Made by a program: the position numbers and the translations under genes. A stretch of DNA of 64,000 bases. Origin: an uncultured delta proteobacterium (GTDB lineage: Bacteria; Myxococcota; Myxococcia; SLRQ01). Of this stretch, positions 32,072 to 43,417 are shown in pieces. The notes under the pieces were generated by a model. That model saw only the letters and a program-made list of their open reading frames with translations, was not told the origin of the DNA and ran no database searches. Within the stretch, counting starts at the first letter, position 1, and the number at the start of each line of letters is the position of its first letter. The stretch is from NCBI GenBank assembly GCA_963727485.1, contig CAVSGM010000001.1, positions 160,001 to 224,000 on the forward strand. The letters run 5' to 3'.

Positions 32072-32748
32072 CCGTCCGACCCGACCCGAGCCGCGTCGCC
32101 ATCGCCCCCTCAATCCTCTCCGCCGACTTCGGGCGCCTCGCCGCCGAGGTCGCCGCGGTGGACGCCGCCGGGGCCGACCTCATCCACGTGGACGTCATGG
32201 ACGGCCACTTCGTGCCCAACCTCACCATCGGCCCGCCGGTGGTGAAGGCGATCCGCCAGGCCACGGACAAGCCCCTCGACGTCCATCTGATGATCGAGCA
32301 CCCGGAGCGCTCCCTCGAGGACTACGTCGCCGCCGGCGCCGACATCGTCAGCGTCCACGTGGAGGCCTGCGTCCACCTCCACCGGGTGGTGCAGCAGATC
32401 CACGCCGCGGGGGCGAAGGCCTCCGTGGTGCTCAACCCCCATACGCCCATCGCCATGGTCGAGCACGTCCTCGAGGACGTGGACATGGTCCTGATGATGA
32501 GCGTGAACCCGGGGTTCGGGGGGCAGGCGTTCATTCCCCAGGTCCTGGGGAAGATCGAGGCCCTCGCCGAGCGGGTCCAGGCGCGGGGGCTCGATGTTGA
32601 CATCGAGGTCGACGGTGGCGTAAAGGTCGCCAACTCCAAGGCCCTGGCAGCCGCCGGGGCCACCGTGCTGGTGGCCGGATCGGCGATCTTCGGCGAATCG
32701 GACTACCAGGCGGTGATCGAGAATATGCGCCGCGCTGCGGCGGGTTGA
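32068..32748 (+). CDS. rpe: ribulose-phosphate 3-epimerase
   Basis: [42 protein letters not shown]. Confidence 0.97.
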   Translation: MTVRPDPSRVAIAPSILSADFGRLAAEVAAVDAAGADLIHVDVMDGHFVPNLTIGPPVVKAIRQATDKPLDVHLMIEHPERSLEDYVAAGADIVSVHVEACVHLHRVVQQIHAAGAKASVVLNPHTPIAMVEHVLEDVDMVLMMSVNPGFGGQAFIPQVLGKIEALAERVQARGLDVDIEVDGGVKVANSKALAAAGATVLVAGSAIFGESDYQAVIENMRRAAAG

Positions 32749-32766
32749 ATAGGCGGCAGATCCTGA

Positions 32767-32843
32767 CGGGAAGTGGCTCAGCCTGGTAGAGCACCTGGTT
32801 CGGGACCAGGGGGTCGCAGGTTCGAATCCTGTCTTCCCGACCA
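32767..32843 (+). tRNA. tRNA-Pro (anticodon CGG)
   Basis: 77 nt; acceptor stem CGGGAAG/CTTCCCG, anticodon arm CCTGG-TTCGGGA-CCAGG, T-loop GTTCGAATC, encoded CCA. Confidence 0.97.
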
Positions 32844-32855
32844 TCTGCCTCTTTG

Positions 32856-32891
32856 GGCGGCCGCGGGCCTCGCGCCTGCGGCCGCCTTTTT
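32856..32891 (+). terminator. intrinsic terminator
   Basis: GGCGGCCGCGGGC / GCCTGCGGCCGCC stem followed by TTTTT. Confidence 0.85.
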
Positions 32892-32929
32892 CATAGGCAT
32901 GGGCGGCGTCGCCGCCGGGGAGGGCCGCG

Positions 32930-33736
32930 ATGATCGCCCAGTGCACCAGCTGTGGGCACACCTTCGAGACCGAGACCTGGGGCGTCCAGGTCTGCCCCAA
33001 CTGCGGGACCCGGGTGATGCTCGACCCGCCCCCCGAGGAGCCCGAGGTCGTCCCCGGCCCGGACGCCGAGCAGACCTCGGGCGAGGTCCCGCCGCCCTTC
33101 GAGGACCCGAGCTACGGCTTCCTCAAGGGTTACTTCGAGACCTGGAAGCAGTCCATCTTCCAGCCCACCGAGTTCTTCTCCCGGCTGCCGGTGCACGACG
33201 CGGGGAAGGCCTTCCTCTACGCCTGGCTCACCCAGGTGGTCGGCGGCGAGATCGCCATGCTCTGGACCTTCCTCCAGATGCAGGCCCAGCGCGGCCTCAT
33301 GGCGAACGTCCCCGGGGGCGCGCCTCCGGAGACCGCGCAGCTCTTCAAGACCATGAGCTGGGTCTACGGCGGGGCCGGCTTCATCCTCATCCCCCTCTTC
33401 GCGGTCCTCGGGATCTTCCTCTCCGCGGGGATCATCCACCTCGGGGCCATGATCGCCGGGGCCGCGAACCGCGGGTGGAACGCCACCTTCCGGGCGGTGT
33501 GCTACGCCAGTGGTCCCCAGCTCTTCGCGGTGATCCCCATCTGCGGCGGGCTGGTGGGCGGGATCTGGGTCCTGGTCCTGGACATCATCGGCCTGATGCA
33601 CACCCAGCGAACCACCGGCGGTCGGGCGACCATCGCGGTGCTGGTGCTCCCCCTGCTGCTCGTGTGCCTCTGCGGCATCCTCATGGCCGTGGTCATCGGG
33701 GCCGGCAGCGCCTTCCTGCAGCACGCGCGCTACTAG
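32930..33736 (+). CDS. zinc-ribbon + Yip1-domain membrane protein
   Basis: CTSC/CPNC, FQPTEFF, multiple TM helices. Confidence 0.75.
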   Translation: MIAQCTSCGHTFETETWGVQVCPNCGTRVMLDPPPEEPEVVPGPDAEQTSGEVPPPFEDPSYGFLKGYFETWKQSIFQPTEFFSRLPVHDAGKAFLYAWLTQVVGGEIAMLWTFLQMQAQRGLMANVPGGAPPETAQLFKTMSWVYGGAGFILIPLFAVLGIFLSAGIIHLGAMIAGAANRGWNATFRAVCYASGPQLFAVIPICGGLVGGIWVLVLDIIGLMHTQRTTGGRATIAVLVLPLLLVCLCGILMAVVIGAGSAFLQHARY

Positions 33737-33752
33737 GCGCGAGGTCGCGCAG

Positions 33753-34187
33753 ATGAAGCTCGCGTGGACTCCCGGAAAGCGCCGCTTCGGCTTCGGGGAG
33801 ATCTACATGGCCATCGGCCTGCTGGCGATCGCCACCGCGCGCTTCTTCCCCTTCGACCGCATCCGGGGCGTGTGGACCTGCCCCCTCTACGGCATGACCG
33901 GCGTTCCCTGCCCGAGCTGCGGGTTCACCCGCGCCTTCGTGCGCACCGCCCACCTCCACCTGGGCCACGCCTTCGAGGTCAGCCCGCTGGGGACGATGCT
34001 CTTCCTCTTCATCGTCGCCTACGTGGTCTTCGCGCTGTTGCGCCTGGCGTTCAACTGGCCCTGGCCGAGGGTGGTGGTCGAGGGGCGCTTCGAGGGCTAC
34101 TTCTTCCGGGTGGGCATCCTCGTCCTCGTCGCCGGCAACTGGGCGTACCTCCTGGTGCGCCACTTCGTCATCGGAGACTGGGGATGA
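33753..34187 (+). CDS. DUF2752-domain membrane protein
   Basis: CPLYGMTGVPCPSCGFTRA motif. Confidence 0.8.
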   Translation: MKLAWTPGKRRFGFGEIYMAIGLLAIATARFFPFDRIRGVWTCPLYGMTGVPCPSCGFTRAFVRTAHLHLGHAFEVSPLGTMLFLFIVAYVVFALLRLAFNWPWPRVVVEGRFEGYFFRVGILVLVAGNWAYLLVRHFVIGDWG

Positions 34188-34804
34188 ACCCGGGCCTGTC
34201 GCTCAACCCGGCGCTCCCGGCGGTGGTCGCCTTGGCCTACCTCCTCGGCGCCGTGCCCTTCGGGGTCCTGGTGGCGCGCCGCTTCGCCAAGGTCGACGTG
34301 CGCGCAGGCGGCAGCGGGAACATCGGCGCCACCAACGTCGCCCGGGTCGCCGGGAAGAAGCTCGGGGTGCTCACCCTGGCCCTCGACGCCCTCAAGGGCC
34401 TCGTGCCCACCCTGGCCATGGCCGCGTGGGTGGCGCCGCTCGCCCCGGCGACGCAGCGCCCCTACTGGATCGCCGGCACCGGCCTGGCGGCGTTCCTCGG
34501 CCACTGCTACCCGGTCTACCTCAAGTTCCGCGGGGGCAAGGGCGTGGCCACCGCCTTCGGGGTGCTCCTGGCGCTGGCGCCCTGGGCGGCGCTGGCGGGC
34601 TTCGGCCTCTACGCCCTGGTCTACGCCACGTTGCGCATCTCCAGCATCGGGTCGCTGCTCGCCGCGGCCACGGTCCCGGTGGTGGTCTTCTACACCGCCG
34701 GCCGGGTCACCGGGTACTTCGTCCTCGGCATGGTCGCCGTGGTGGTGTGGAAGCACCGGGGCAACATCCAGCGCCTCCTCTCCCGGACCGAGGGGAAGGT
34801 CTGA
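34184..34804 (+). CDS. plsY: glycerol-3-phosphate acyltransferase PlsY
   Basis: GSGNIGATNVAR, DALKG, GHCYPVYLKFRGGKGVAT, HRGNIQRL. Confidence 0.95.
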   Translation: MNPGLSLNPALPAVVALAYLLGAVPFGVLVARRFAKVDVRAGGSGNIGATNVARVAGKKLGVLTLALDALKGLVPTLAMAAWVAPLAPATQRPYWIAGTGLAAFLGHCYPVYLKFRGGKGVATAFGVLLALAPWAALAGFGLYALVYATLRISSIGSLLAAATVPVVVFYTAGRVTGYFVLGMVAVVVWKHRGNIQRLLSRTEGKV

Positions 34805-34816
34805 CCGGCCGCGGGC

Positions 34817-35575
34817 TCAGCGCTGGTTGGTGACCGTCTGGGCGAGCGAGAGGGCCCGCCGGGTGTGGACCATGGCGTTCGCCACCAGCACCCGCGCCCG
34901 GTAGAGGTCCGACTGCCCCAGGGCCGAGACGGCCTCCTGGAGGAAGCCGCCGGCGTCGTCGCAGTGCTTCGCCTCGAGGACCCGGCCCAGGCGGCTCGCC
35001 TCGGTGGACACCTCGCCGAGGGCGGTGACGTCGCGGTTCAGGGTGCCGGAGGCCCCGTCGCCGCTCCCCTCGGAGAGGGCCTTCTCCACCCCCTCGAGGT
35101 CCTGGAGGATCCCGCCGAGGAGGGCGGCGCGGTCGAAGCGCGGGGTCCTCGCCTCGCGCCGGCTCTCGGTGACCCCCTGGGCCTGCTCCAGGTCGGCGAT
35201 CTTCTGGTTGGCGGTGTCGAGGGCGGTCTGGAAGTTGGTCTGGGCCTGCTCCAGGGCGGTGACCCGGGCCTCGAGCTCGGCGAGCCGGGCCTCGAGGCCC
35301 GCCGAACCGCCGGCGTCGGGGGCGCCGCCGTCGGTCTCGACACCCTCGGCGTTGGCGGCGGGGCCCGCGTCGGCGCCCGAGCGCGCGTCGGCGCGCGGGC
35401 GCACCACGCGGGCCCGGGTGCGCGCGGTCCCGGCGTCCCGAACGCCCCCGTCGGCGCGCACCCCGGCGTCGGCGAGGCCGGTGCGGGAGACGGGCTGGAT
35501 GCCGGGGCCCTGGGCGACGGCGAGACCGAGGACGCCGAGGGCGACCACGAGGACGAGCGACACGCGGGTGATCAT
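34817..35575 (-). CDS. secreted hypothetical protein with coiled coil
   Basis: Signal peptide MITRVSLVLVV..., DAG-rich linker, LEARLAELEARVTALEQ coiled coil; promoter-like TTGCCG-N17-CACAGT at 35582-35610. Confidence 0.65.
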   Translation of the reverse strand: MITRVSLVLVVALGVLGLAVAQGPGIQPVSRTGLADAGVRADGGVRDAGTARTRARVVRPRADARSGADAGPAANAEGVETDGGAPDAGGSAGLEARLAELEARVTALEQAQTNFQTALDTANQKIADLEQAQGVTESRREARTPRFDRAALLGGILQDLEGVEKALSEGSGDGASGTLNRDVTALGEVSTEASRLGRVLEAKHCDDAGGFLQEAVSALGQSDLYRARVLVANAMVHTRRALSLAQTVTNQR

Positions 35576-35723
35576 GCCGTCACTGTGGGCGCTCGGGCCC
35601 GGGGCGGCAACCACCGCGGACGCCGGCGAGGGGCTGTTGCGTCCCCGCAACGGTGTGGTGCGGACGCGGGGTCTTACGGCGCGCCGGGGCAGGGCTAGGT
35701 TGCTTCTCGAAAGGAGCAGCACC

Positions 35724-36287
35724 ATGACCACCCCTACTGCCAAGCAGACCCAGACCCCCACCCGCTGGACCGCCGACCCCGCCCACTCGAGCGTCGGCTT
35801 CCAGGTTCGCCACATGATGGTGTCCACCGTTCGCGGCACCTTCAACGAGGTCCACGCCACCCTCGACTACGACCCCGAGAACCCCGCGGCCTCGAAGATC
35901 GAGGTGCGGATCCCGGTGGACAGCATCGACACCCGTGAGCCCAAGCGCGACGGGCACCTGAAGAGCGCCGACTTCTTCGACGCCGAGCACCACCCCGAGG
36001 CGGTCTTCGTCTCCAAGGCCATCGAGGCCACCGGCGACGACACCTACCGGGTGACCGGTGACCTCACCCTTCGCGAGACCACCGAGGAGATCACCGTCGA
36101 GGTCGAGGCCTCGCCGGTGGTGAAGAACCCGATGAGCGGGACCCCCACCCGGGGCTTCGAGGCCCGGGCGACCCTGGACCGCAAGCGCTGGGGCCTCAAC
36201 TGGAACGCCGCCCTCGAGACCGGCGGGGTGCTCGTGGGCGACAAGGTGAAGGTCACCGTCGACCTCGAGCTCACCCCCGAGGGCTGA
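35724..36287 (+). CDS. YceI-family lipid/polyisoprenoid-binding protein
   Basis: WTADPAHSSVGFQVRH, IDTREPKRDGHLKSADFFD, GDLTLR; AAGGAG RBS. Confidence 0.92.
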   Translation: MTTPTAKQTQTPTRWTADPAHSSVGFQVRHMMVSTVRGTFNEVHATLDYDPENPAASKIEVRIPVDSIDTREPKRDGHLKSADFFDAEHHPEAVFVSKAIEATGDDTYRVTGDLTLRETTEEITVEVEASPVVKNPMSGTPTRGFEARATLDRKRWGLNWNAALETGGVLVGDKVKVTVDLELTPEG

Positions 36288-36359
36288 CCCCGGCCGGGCG
36301 GCGGCCGCCTCGGGGCGGACCGTCGCCTGGAAGTCCGGAGCGCGGTAGAGGTGGAATCC

Positions 36360-37367
36360 ATGGTCCCCTCGCCGCGCCCCGGTCGTCTCCCTGGACCGCG
36401 CCTCCTTCGTGGGGGCGCGGTCCTCTGCGTCGCTGGCCTTCTGCTCCTCCCGGGCGCCGGCTGCACCACCCCCGCCGCCACCGGTGCGCCCCCCGAGGCC
36501 GGGCCCTCGACCGAGGGCAGCGCCGCCGACGTCGCCCGGCGCCTGCCCCACGACCCGGTCGCCCCCGCCGGGCCCCGGGGCGCCTCCGCCGACGAGCGGG
36601 CGATGTTCGCCCTGGTCAACCGCGACCGGGGCGTCCACGGCCTCCCGCCGCTGACCTGGGACGACCGGCTCGCCGCCATCGCCCTGGCCCACGACGACGA
36701 CATGCTCCGCCGCCACTACGTGGCCCACGTGAGCCCCGACGGCGTCTCACCCGCGGGCCGGCTGCGGAAGGCCGGCTACCTCAACCGGGTGGTCCGGGAG
36801 AACATCGCCGTCGCCGCCTCCGTCCCCGAGGCGGAGGTGGGCCTGATGCACAGCCCCGAGCACCGGGCGAACCTCCTCGCCCCGGACATCACCCGGGTGG
36901 GCATCGGCATCCGCCGGGTGCCCCTGAAGGGTGGGCCCACGGAGGTGGTGGTGACCCAGGACTTCGCCCGGCCCTACACCGCGCCCTCGCCCCAGGCGGC
37001 GCGGCACGCGGCGCTGCTCGCCATCGGCACCTGGCGCCGCCAGGCCCGCCTCCCGCCGCTGCCGGTGGTCCCGGTGCTCCAGCGCCTCGGGGACGCGGCA
37101 GTGCGCCACCTCGCCATCGGCATCGACGCGGCGCGCCTCCACGACGTGGCCCAGGACGCCGCCAGCGCCGTGGAGCGCGGGCAGATGCCCGGGATCGCCG
37201 GGGTCGCCGTGGCCAGCGAGCGCATCCTCGACCTCTCGGACCTCCGGGTCCCCGAGCCGGCGCGGGATCCCAACGCGGTGGGCCTCGCCGTGGCGACGAC
37301 CCGGGCCCGGGGCGACGACGGCCAGCCGCGGGTGCTGGTGCTGGTGCTGGTGGGGCAGGGGCGGTAG
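36360..37367 (+). CDS. CAP/SCP-domain lipoprotein
   Basis: LVNRDR, HDDDM, AHVSPDG, ENIA, MHSPEHRANLL, VGIGI. Confidence 0.8.
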   Translation: MVPSPRPGRLPGPRLLRGGAVLCVAGLLLLPGAGCTTPAATGAPPEAGPSTEGSAADVARRLPHDPVAPAGPRGASADERAMFALVNRDRGVHGLPPLTWDDRLAAIALAHDDDMLRRHYVAHVSPDGVSPAGRLRKAGYLNRVVRENIAVAASVPEAEVGLMHSPEHRANLLAPDITRVGIGIRRVPLKGGPTEVVVTQDFARPYTAPSPQAARHAALLAIGTWRRQARLPPLPVVPVLQRLGDAAVRHLAIGIDAARLHDVAQDAASAVERGQMPGIAGVAVASERILDLSDLRVPEPARDPNAVGLAVATTRARGDDGQPRVLVLVLVGQGR

Positions 37368-37380
37368 GCCGGCTGCCCGC

Positions 37381-40246
37381 TCAGGGCGCCACGGCGCCGA
37401 GGAGCACCTGCCTGGGCTTGGAGCCGTCGGCGGGCCCCACGATCCCCTCGCGCTCCATCACCTCGATCATCCGCGCCGCCCGGTTGTAGCCGATGGCCAG
37501 GCGCCGCTGGAGGAAGCTGACGCTGATGGCGTCCCGGTCGGCGATGATCGCCAGCGCCTCGTCCCACTTGGCGTCGTGCTCGAGATTCGTCGTCGTCGTC
37601 GCCGCCGCCGCCCTCGTCGTCCCGGGCCTGGAGGATCGACTCGTCGTAGATGGGCTTGCCCTGCTCCTTGAGGTGCGCCACCACCCGCTTGATCTCGTCG
37701 TCGGCGAGGAAGGCGCCGTGGACCCGCAGGGGCTCGGACTGCCCCGGGGGGATGATGAGCATGTCGCCGCGGCCGAGGAGCTTCTCCGAGCCCGGGCTGT
37801 TGATGATGGTCTGGGAGTCGTGGCGGCTCGCCACCCGGAAGCCGATTCGCGCCGGGAAGTTGGCCTTGATGAGGCCGGTGAGGACGTCGGTCGAGGGCCG
37901 CTGGGTCGCGACCATCAGGTGGATGCCGGCGGCGCGCGCCTTCTGGGCGATGCGCGCGATGTAGGTCTCGACCTCCCGGGAGGCGACCATCATCAGATCC
38001 GCGAGCTCGTCGATGATGATCACCACCAGGGGAAGCTTCTCCGGCGGCGGCGGGTCGTCGAGGAGGAAGCGCTCGTGGTCCTCCTTGAGCGCCATGTACG
38101 CCTCGTGGTCCCCGTCGGCGGTCTCCAGGGGCGGCGGGGGGGTGCGGGTCTTCTGCCGCTCCTCCCACTCGGCCCGGCGCTTCTCCGCGACCCGGTTGTA
38201 GCCCGAGAGGTTGCGGACCGAGGTGTCGGCGAGGAGCTGGTAGCGCCGCTCCATCTCGTCCACCGCCCAGCGCAGGGCCAGCGCCGCCTTCGCGGGATCG
38301 TCGACCACCGGGAGCAGGAGGTGGGGGATGCCGTCGTAGAGCTTGAGCTCGGTGACCTTGGGGTCGACCATGATGAAGCGCACCTCGTCCGGGGTGGCCT
38401 TCATCAGGATCGAGGTGATCATGGCGTTGACCGACACCGACTTGCCCGAGCCGGTGGTGCCGGCGATGAGCAGGTGGGGCATCTGGGCGAGGTCGACCAT
38501 GAAGGGCATCCCCTCCACGTCCTTGCCCATGGCCAGGGTGAGCTTGCTCTTCGCCTCGGCGAAGGCGTCCTGGTCGACGATGTCCTTGAGGTGGACGGTC
38601 TGGCGCTTCTTGTTGGGCACCTCGATGCCCACCGCGCCCTTGCCCGGCAGCGGCGCCACGATGCGCACCTGCAGCGCCTCCATGGCCATCGCCAGGTCGT
38701 CGGAGAGCCCGGCGATCTTGGAGATGCGCACCCCGGGGCCCGGGACGAACTCGTACATGGTGACCACCGGGCCCAGGCGGATCTTGCGGACGTCGCCGGT
38801 GATCCCGAAGTCGGCGAGCTTCTGGGTGAGCTTCTTGGCGGTCTCGTGGAGGGCGGCGCGGTCGACGGCCTCCCGGGCCTCCTCGGGGGGATCGTCGAGG
38901 AGGTCGAGGCCGGGGAGGATGAAGGCGTCGCCGTGCTGGGAGAAGGCGAAGGCGTCCTGGCGGGGCCCCCGGGCCGGGCGATCCGGGGCCCGGGCCTCGA
39001 CGATGGCCGGGCCCTCGTCGGCGGGGGCGGCGGGCTGGGGCCTGGCCTCGGCGGGGGCGTCGTCGGCCGGGGCGATCTCCGCCGGCTTGCGGGGGCGGCG
39101 GGGGGGCGCCTCGGCGGCGGCGGCGACCACCGGGGTGGCCTCGACGATGGGCGCGGCCTCGGGCGGGGGCGCGGGGGCGTCGGCGGCCTCGGGGGCGTCG
39201 GCGGCCTCGGCGGCCTCGGCTTCGGCGGCGGCCATCCCGGCGAGGCTCGGGGCCCAGTCGGGATCGGCGTGGGACGGGTCGGCCAGGGGGTCCACCGGCT
39301 CCACGTCGTAGATCGCCTCCACCTCGTCGAGGGGGGCGATGGCCCCGGCCTCGGACGGCGGGGGGGCGGGGAGCGGCGCCGGGGGCGGGGCGTCGGTGAC
39401 CGGGGTCTCGGCGAAGGTCACCCGGACGATGCCCGCGTCGTCGGCCTCGACCCGGGGCGGGGGGAGGGCGGCGCGCTCGGCCTTCCGGCGGGCCCGCTCG
39501 GCGTCGGCGCGGGCCCGGGCCTCGGCGCGGGACTCGGCGCGCTCGGCGGCCCGGGCGGCGCGGAGCTCGGCCCGGCGGGTGCGGGCGTCCCGGTGGCGGG
39601 CCCACTGGAGCCGGGCCAGGTCGAGGCCCCGGCCGGCGAGGCCCCGGAGGCCCCCGGCGGCCAGCCCCCCGAGGTGGGCGAGGGTGAGATCGCTGGCGAC
39701 CACCAGGGACACCAGGACCCCGGCGGTGGCGACGATGGCGGCACCCACGGTGTTCAGCTCGCTGCGCAGCAGCTCCCCGAGGACCAGGCCCAGAACCCCG
39801 CCGGGGCTGTGGGACAGGGGGTGGGCGTGGGGCAGGGCGAGGTGGGCGAGGACGGCGCCGAAGAGCATCAGCGCCCCGTAGCCCAGCACCTCCACCGCCG
39901 AGACGTGGACGGTGCGCCGGGCGAAGAGGGCGAAGGCGACCACCACCAGGGCCAGGGCGACCACGAAGCTGCCCAGGCCGATGGCGGTGAGCATCCCGTC
40001 GGCGACGTGGTGGCCCACCGCGCCGATGAGGTTGCCCACCGGGAGGCCCCGGGCGAGGCGGGCGTCGTCCCCGGCGCTGAACGACGCCAGCGCCAGGGAG
40101 AGGGTGACGCCGAGCGAGAGACACACGATGCCCAGGAGCTCCCGGCGCCGGGGCACCGGGGCCGCCCGGGTCTCCCGACCGGGGGCGGCCCTCTTGGAGG
40201 CGCCCCGCTTCGTCGCCTTGGTCTTCCCTGCTGCCCGTCGCGCCAT
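37381..40246 (-). CDS. ftsK: DNA translocase FtsK (apparent frameshift ~37586)
   Basis: 4TM N-terminus, P/A linker, PHLLIAGTTGSGKS, IDELADLMM, ATQRPS, LLGRGDML; gamma domain LQRRLAIGYNRAARMI in an adjacent frame. Confidence 0.95.
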
Positions 40247-40412
40247 TCGCCGATGCCTCCCAAGGGGTCGCAAGTGGGGCCGTCCGCGCGGCCCGCGCAC
40301 CCCCCGACGCTACCGGCCAGAAGCCGAAGGTCAACTTTTCGACGGGGGGTGCGGGAGGGGCGCCGCGAGTGGTTTTCTTGACCACCCCCCGGGGCCGGCG
40401 AGACTCGAAGCC

Positions 40413-41540
40413 ATGGAACGCGTCGACGGCTCCTGGTTCGTGCCCCCAGAGAACGCCCACGAGGCCGAGGTCACCCCGGCCCCCACCCCGGCGAGGGCGC
40501 CGGTGGACGCCGACCCGGCGATCCTCCTGGAGGAGGCCGGCTGGTCGGTGTCCGAGGCCGAGGCCTGCCTGGCGTCGCCGGCCCTGGCGGCCGCGGCCGA
40601 GGCCGCGCCGGCGGTGGATTCGATCCCGGTGCCCCTGCCCGCGCCCTCGACCGTGGCGACCCTGCCGCTCCCGGCGCCCGCCGCCTCCGCCACCGCCGAG
40701 GCCCGCCTCGCCGACCTGGAGGCGGCGATCGATGCCGCCCTGGTCACCCCGGCGGTGGAGCCCCCCGCCGCCTCCGAGCCCCCCGCCGTCGCCCCCGAGG
40801 CCCACGGCGACGCCATGGCCGAGGCCTTCTTCGCCGCGGGCGACGACCCGCTCCCGGCCCCGGCCCCGGCCCTCGAGGACGACGACGAGCCCGCCTGGGC
40901 CGACGCCCTCGACGCCGACGCCCCCGCCGGCCCGGCCTTCGAGACCCCCGCGGGCCTCGCCGCCGCCCGGACCGCCGACCCGATGCCGGCGCCGAGGTCC
41001 GCCCCGGCCCCCGACGCGATCACCGAGCCCGAGCTCGACGCCGAACCGGTCCCGGCGCCGGCGCGGACCCGGCGCGCCGCCCCGGGCACCCCGCCGGCCC
41101 ACCCGGTGGTCCGGGCCCGGGTCGCCTCGGTCGCCCACCGGGCCCTCGCCTGGCTGGTGGACGGCGCGGTCCTGGTCACCGCGGTCACCGGCACCGTCTA
41201 CGCCGCCGCCCGCCTCGCCGGTCACCCGGGGGGCCTCGCCGCCGTCGCCCACGACCCCCTGCTCCTGGGGGCGGCGCTGGCCTTCGGGGGCATCCTCGGC
41301 CTGGTCTACGTGGGCCTGTTCACGGCGGCCGGGGGCCAGACCTTCGGCGCCCGGCTCGCGGGCATCCGCATCCTCGATCAGCGCGGGGCCGCGCCCACGG
41401 TGGGCCGGGCCTTCGCCCGGGCCGGGGCCGCCGCCCTGGGGACCCTGGCCTGCCTCCTGGGCCTCGCCTGGGTCCTCCTCGACGATCGGGGCCAGGCCCT
41501 CCACGACCGGGTGGCGCGCACCTACGTCGTCGAGGCCTGA
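40413..41540 (+). CDS. RDD-family membrane protein with long acidic/Pro-rich N-terminus
   Basis: RALAWLVD, GQTFG, ALHDRVARTYVV. Confidence 0.85.
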   Translation: MERVDGSWFVPPENAHEAEVTPAPTPARAPVDADPAILLEEAGWSVSEAEACLASPALAAAAEAAPAVDSIPVPLPAPSTVATLPLPAPAASATAEARLADLEAAIDAALVTPAVEPPAASEPPAVAPEAHGDAMAEAFFAAGDDPLPAPAPALEDDDEPAWADALDADAPAGPAFETPAGLAAARTADPMPAPRSAPAPDAITEPELDAEPVPAPARTRRAAPGTPPAHPVVRARVASVAHRALAWLVDGAVLVTAVTGTVYAAARLAGHPGGLAAVAHDPLLLGAALAFGGILGLVYVGLFTAAGGQTFGARLAGIRILDQRGAAPTVGRAFARAGAAALGTLACLLGLAWVLLDDRGQALHDRVARTYVVEA

Positions 41541-41571
41541 TCGGGCCGGGGCCCCCGCCGGCGCCCGCCGC

Positions 41572-42496
41572 CTAGAGCCGGGGCCGGCGCAGGTGCACCC
41601 GGGCCCAGCCGTCGCGGGTGGACCGGCGCACCGGGGTGAGGCCCTGGGCCACGTAGGCGGCCTCGGCCTCGTCGCACTGGTTCTCCAGGAGCCCGGAGAG
41701 GAAGAGGTCGCCGCCCGGGGCCACCCGCGGCGCCACCGTCGGCGCCAGATCCGTGAGCACCCCGAGCTGGATGTTGGCGACCACCAGGTCCCAGAGCCCG
41801 TCGCGGGTGTCCGGGGGGTCGGTGGTGAACTCGCAGCGCTCGGCGACGTCGTTGCGGGCGGCGTTCTCGCCGGCGACCTTCACCGCCATGGGATCGCTGT
41901 CGATGCCCAGGCAGCGCTGGGCGCCGAGGCGGGCGGCGACGATGGAGAGCACCCCGCTCCCCGAGCCCACGTCGAGGACGCTGGGGACCCGGCCGTCCCG
42001 GCGCCAGCTGTCGACCACGTCTTCGACGGCCTCGATGCACAGGGCGGTGGTGGCGTGCGACCCGGTCCCAAACGCCAGCCCTGGATCGAATCTGGAGCTC
42101 GACCAGGTCCGGGTGGTCCTCGGAGGGGTGCCAGCTCGCCCGGATGCGGATGCGGCGGCCCACGCGGACCGGCTTCACCTGCTCCCGCACCTTCTGGACC
42201 CAGTCCTCGGCGGCGACGGTGGAGAAGGCGACGGCGACCTCGGCGCCGGGGTCGCCCTGGTGGAGGGCGGCGACCACCTCGGCGGAGAGCGACTCGGGAT
42301 CGGTCTCGGGGGTCAGCCAGGCGACCACCTGGGCGCGCCCGGAGGCGGGGCCGCTCCCGTCCTCGAAGAAGGTGTCCGAGTCCCGGACCTCGACGCCCCG
42401 GGCGGCGGCACGCATCGCCAGGCCGCACGCGGCATCGGCGAGGGGCTCGGGGACGTCCAGGATGACTTGAAGAAACGTGCTGTCGTCGTCCGCCAT
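41572..42496 (-). CDS. prmA: ribosomal protein L11 methyltransferase (apparent frameshift ~42090)
   Basis: EDW, corrected IDPGLAFGTGSHATT, LDVGSGSGVL, DLVVANI, LSGLL. Confidence 0.92.
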
Positions 42497-42586
42497 GCCA
42501 GCGCAGGGTATCCGGCTTCGTTCCCGGGTGCCACGTTCATGGGGGCAATGTGGCGCCGGTGCGGGGATTGCAGTAGGGATGGAGCT

Positions 42587-43261
42587 GTGACGCCAACCCT
42601 CCGCCTGGCCGCCGCCCTGGCCACCGCCCTCGCCCTGGCCGCCGCCGGGCCCGCCGCCGCCGAGACCGGGGCGCTCACGGCCGAGGCCGGGGGCGGGGTC
42701 GCCTCGCCCGTCCTCACCGCGCCCTACGTCTCCGGGCACCCGGCCCTCGCCGCCGCGCCCGGACCGGCGGCCTTCGCCGGCGTGCGCTACGCCCTCACCG
42801 ACGACCTCGAGCTCGGCCTGCGCCTCTCGGTGACCACGCCGGTGGTCGTGGATCACGTCTGGTCCGCCGGCGCCGGGGACCAGCGCCTCCTGGAGCATGG
42901 GTTCCAGCAGACCGCGGCGCAGGCCCTGTGCCGCCGCTACCTCGCCGGCCTCGACTGGCGCCTCTTCGTCGAGGGGAGCCTCGGCTGGGACCACCGGCGG
43001 TACTTCTCGGTGCAGCCCTACCAGGTGGTCGGCGGCCAGGCCTCGAGCCTGGGGGTGCCCCTGCCCGGCTTCGCCGTCGACGACGTGCTCGTCTCGGTGG
43101 GGCCGGGGGTCGAGTACGTCTGGGACCACGCGGCGGTGGGCGTCCGGGCCGAGGTCGACGCCCGCATCGGGCCGTCGGTCAGCGGCTCGGCCCCGCACCC
43201 GGTGGGCGTGGGCTGGGGCTTCGGCGCGACCGTGTACGCGGCCTGGAGCTTCTATCCCTGA
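42587..43261 (+). CDS. small outer-membrane beta-barrel-like protein
   Basis: GGAG RBS + GTG, signal peptide, amphipathic strands, aromatic C-terminus YAAWSFYP. Confidence 0.6.
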   Translation: MTPTLRLAAALATALALAAAGPAAAETGALTAEAGGGVASPVLTAPYVSGHPALAAAPGPAAFAGVRYALTDDLELGLRLSVTTPVVVDHVWSAGAGDQRLLEHGFQQTAAQALCRRYLAGLDWRLFVEGSLGWDHRRYFSVQPYQVVGGQASSLGVPLPGFAVDDVLVSVGPGVEYVWDHAAVGVRAEVDARIGPSVSGSAPHPVGVGWGFGATVYAAWSFYP

Positions 43262-43417
43262 TCCGGGGGGCCGACCCGGGCTCCCCCGGACGGGCGATGC
43301 ACAGCCTCCGCGCCACCCGACAAGGGATCTCCTGGGAGGATCGGTGGCCGGAACGTGGGGGTTCGCATCGGCGCCCGAGGGGGAGACCGGGTGTCGACGA
43401 GACGGCCAGGCGGGTTG

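Noticed and set aside
32767..33000. Integrative element at tRNA-Pro
   Set aside because: No integrase and no duplicated tRNA 3' end noticed; a terminator and ordinary genes follow
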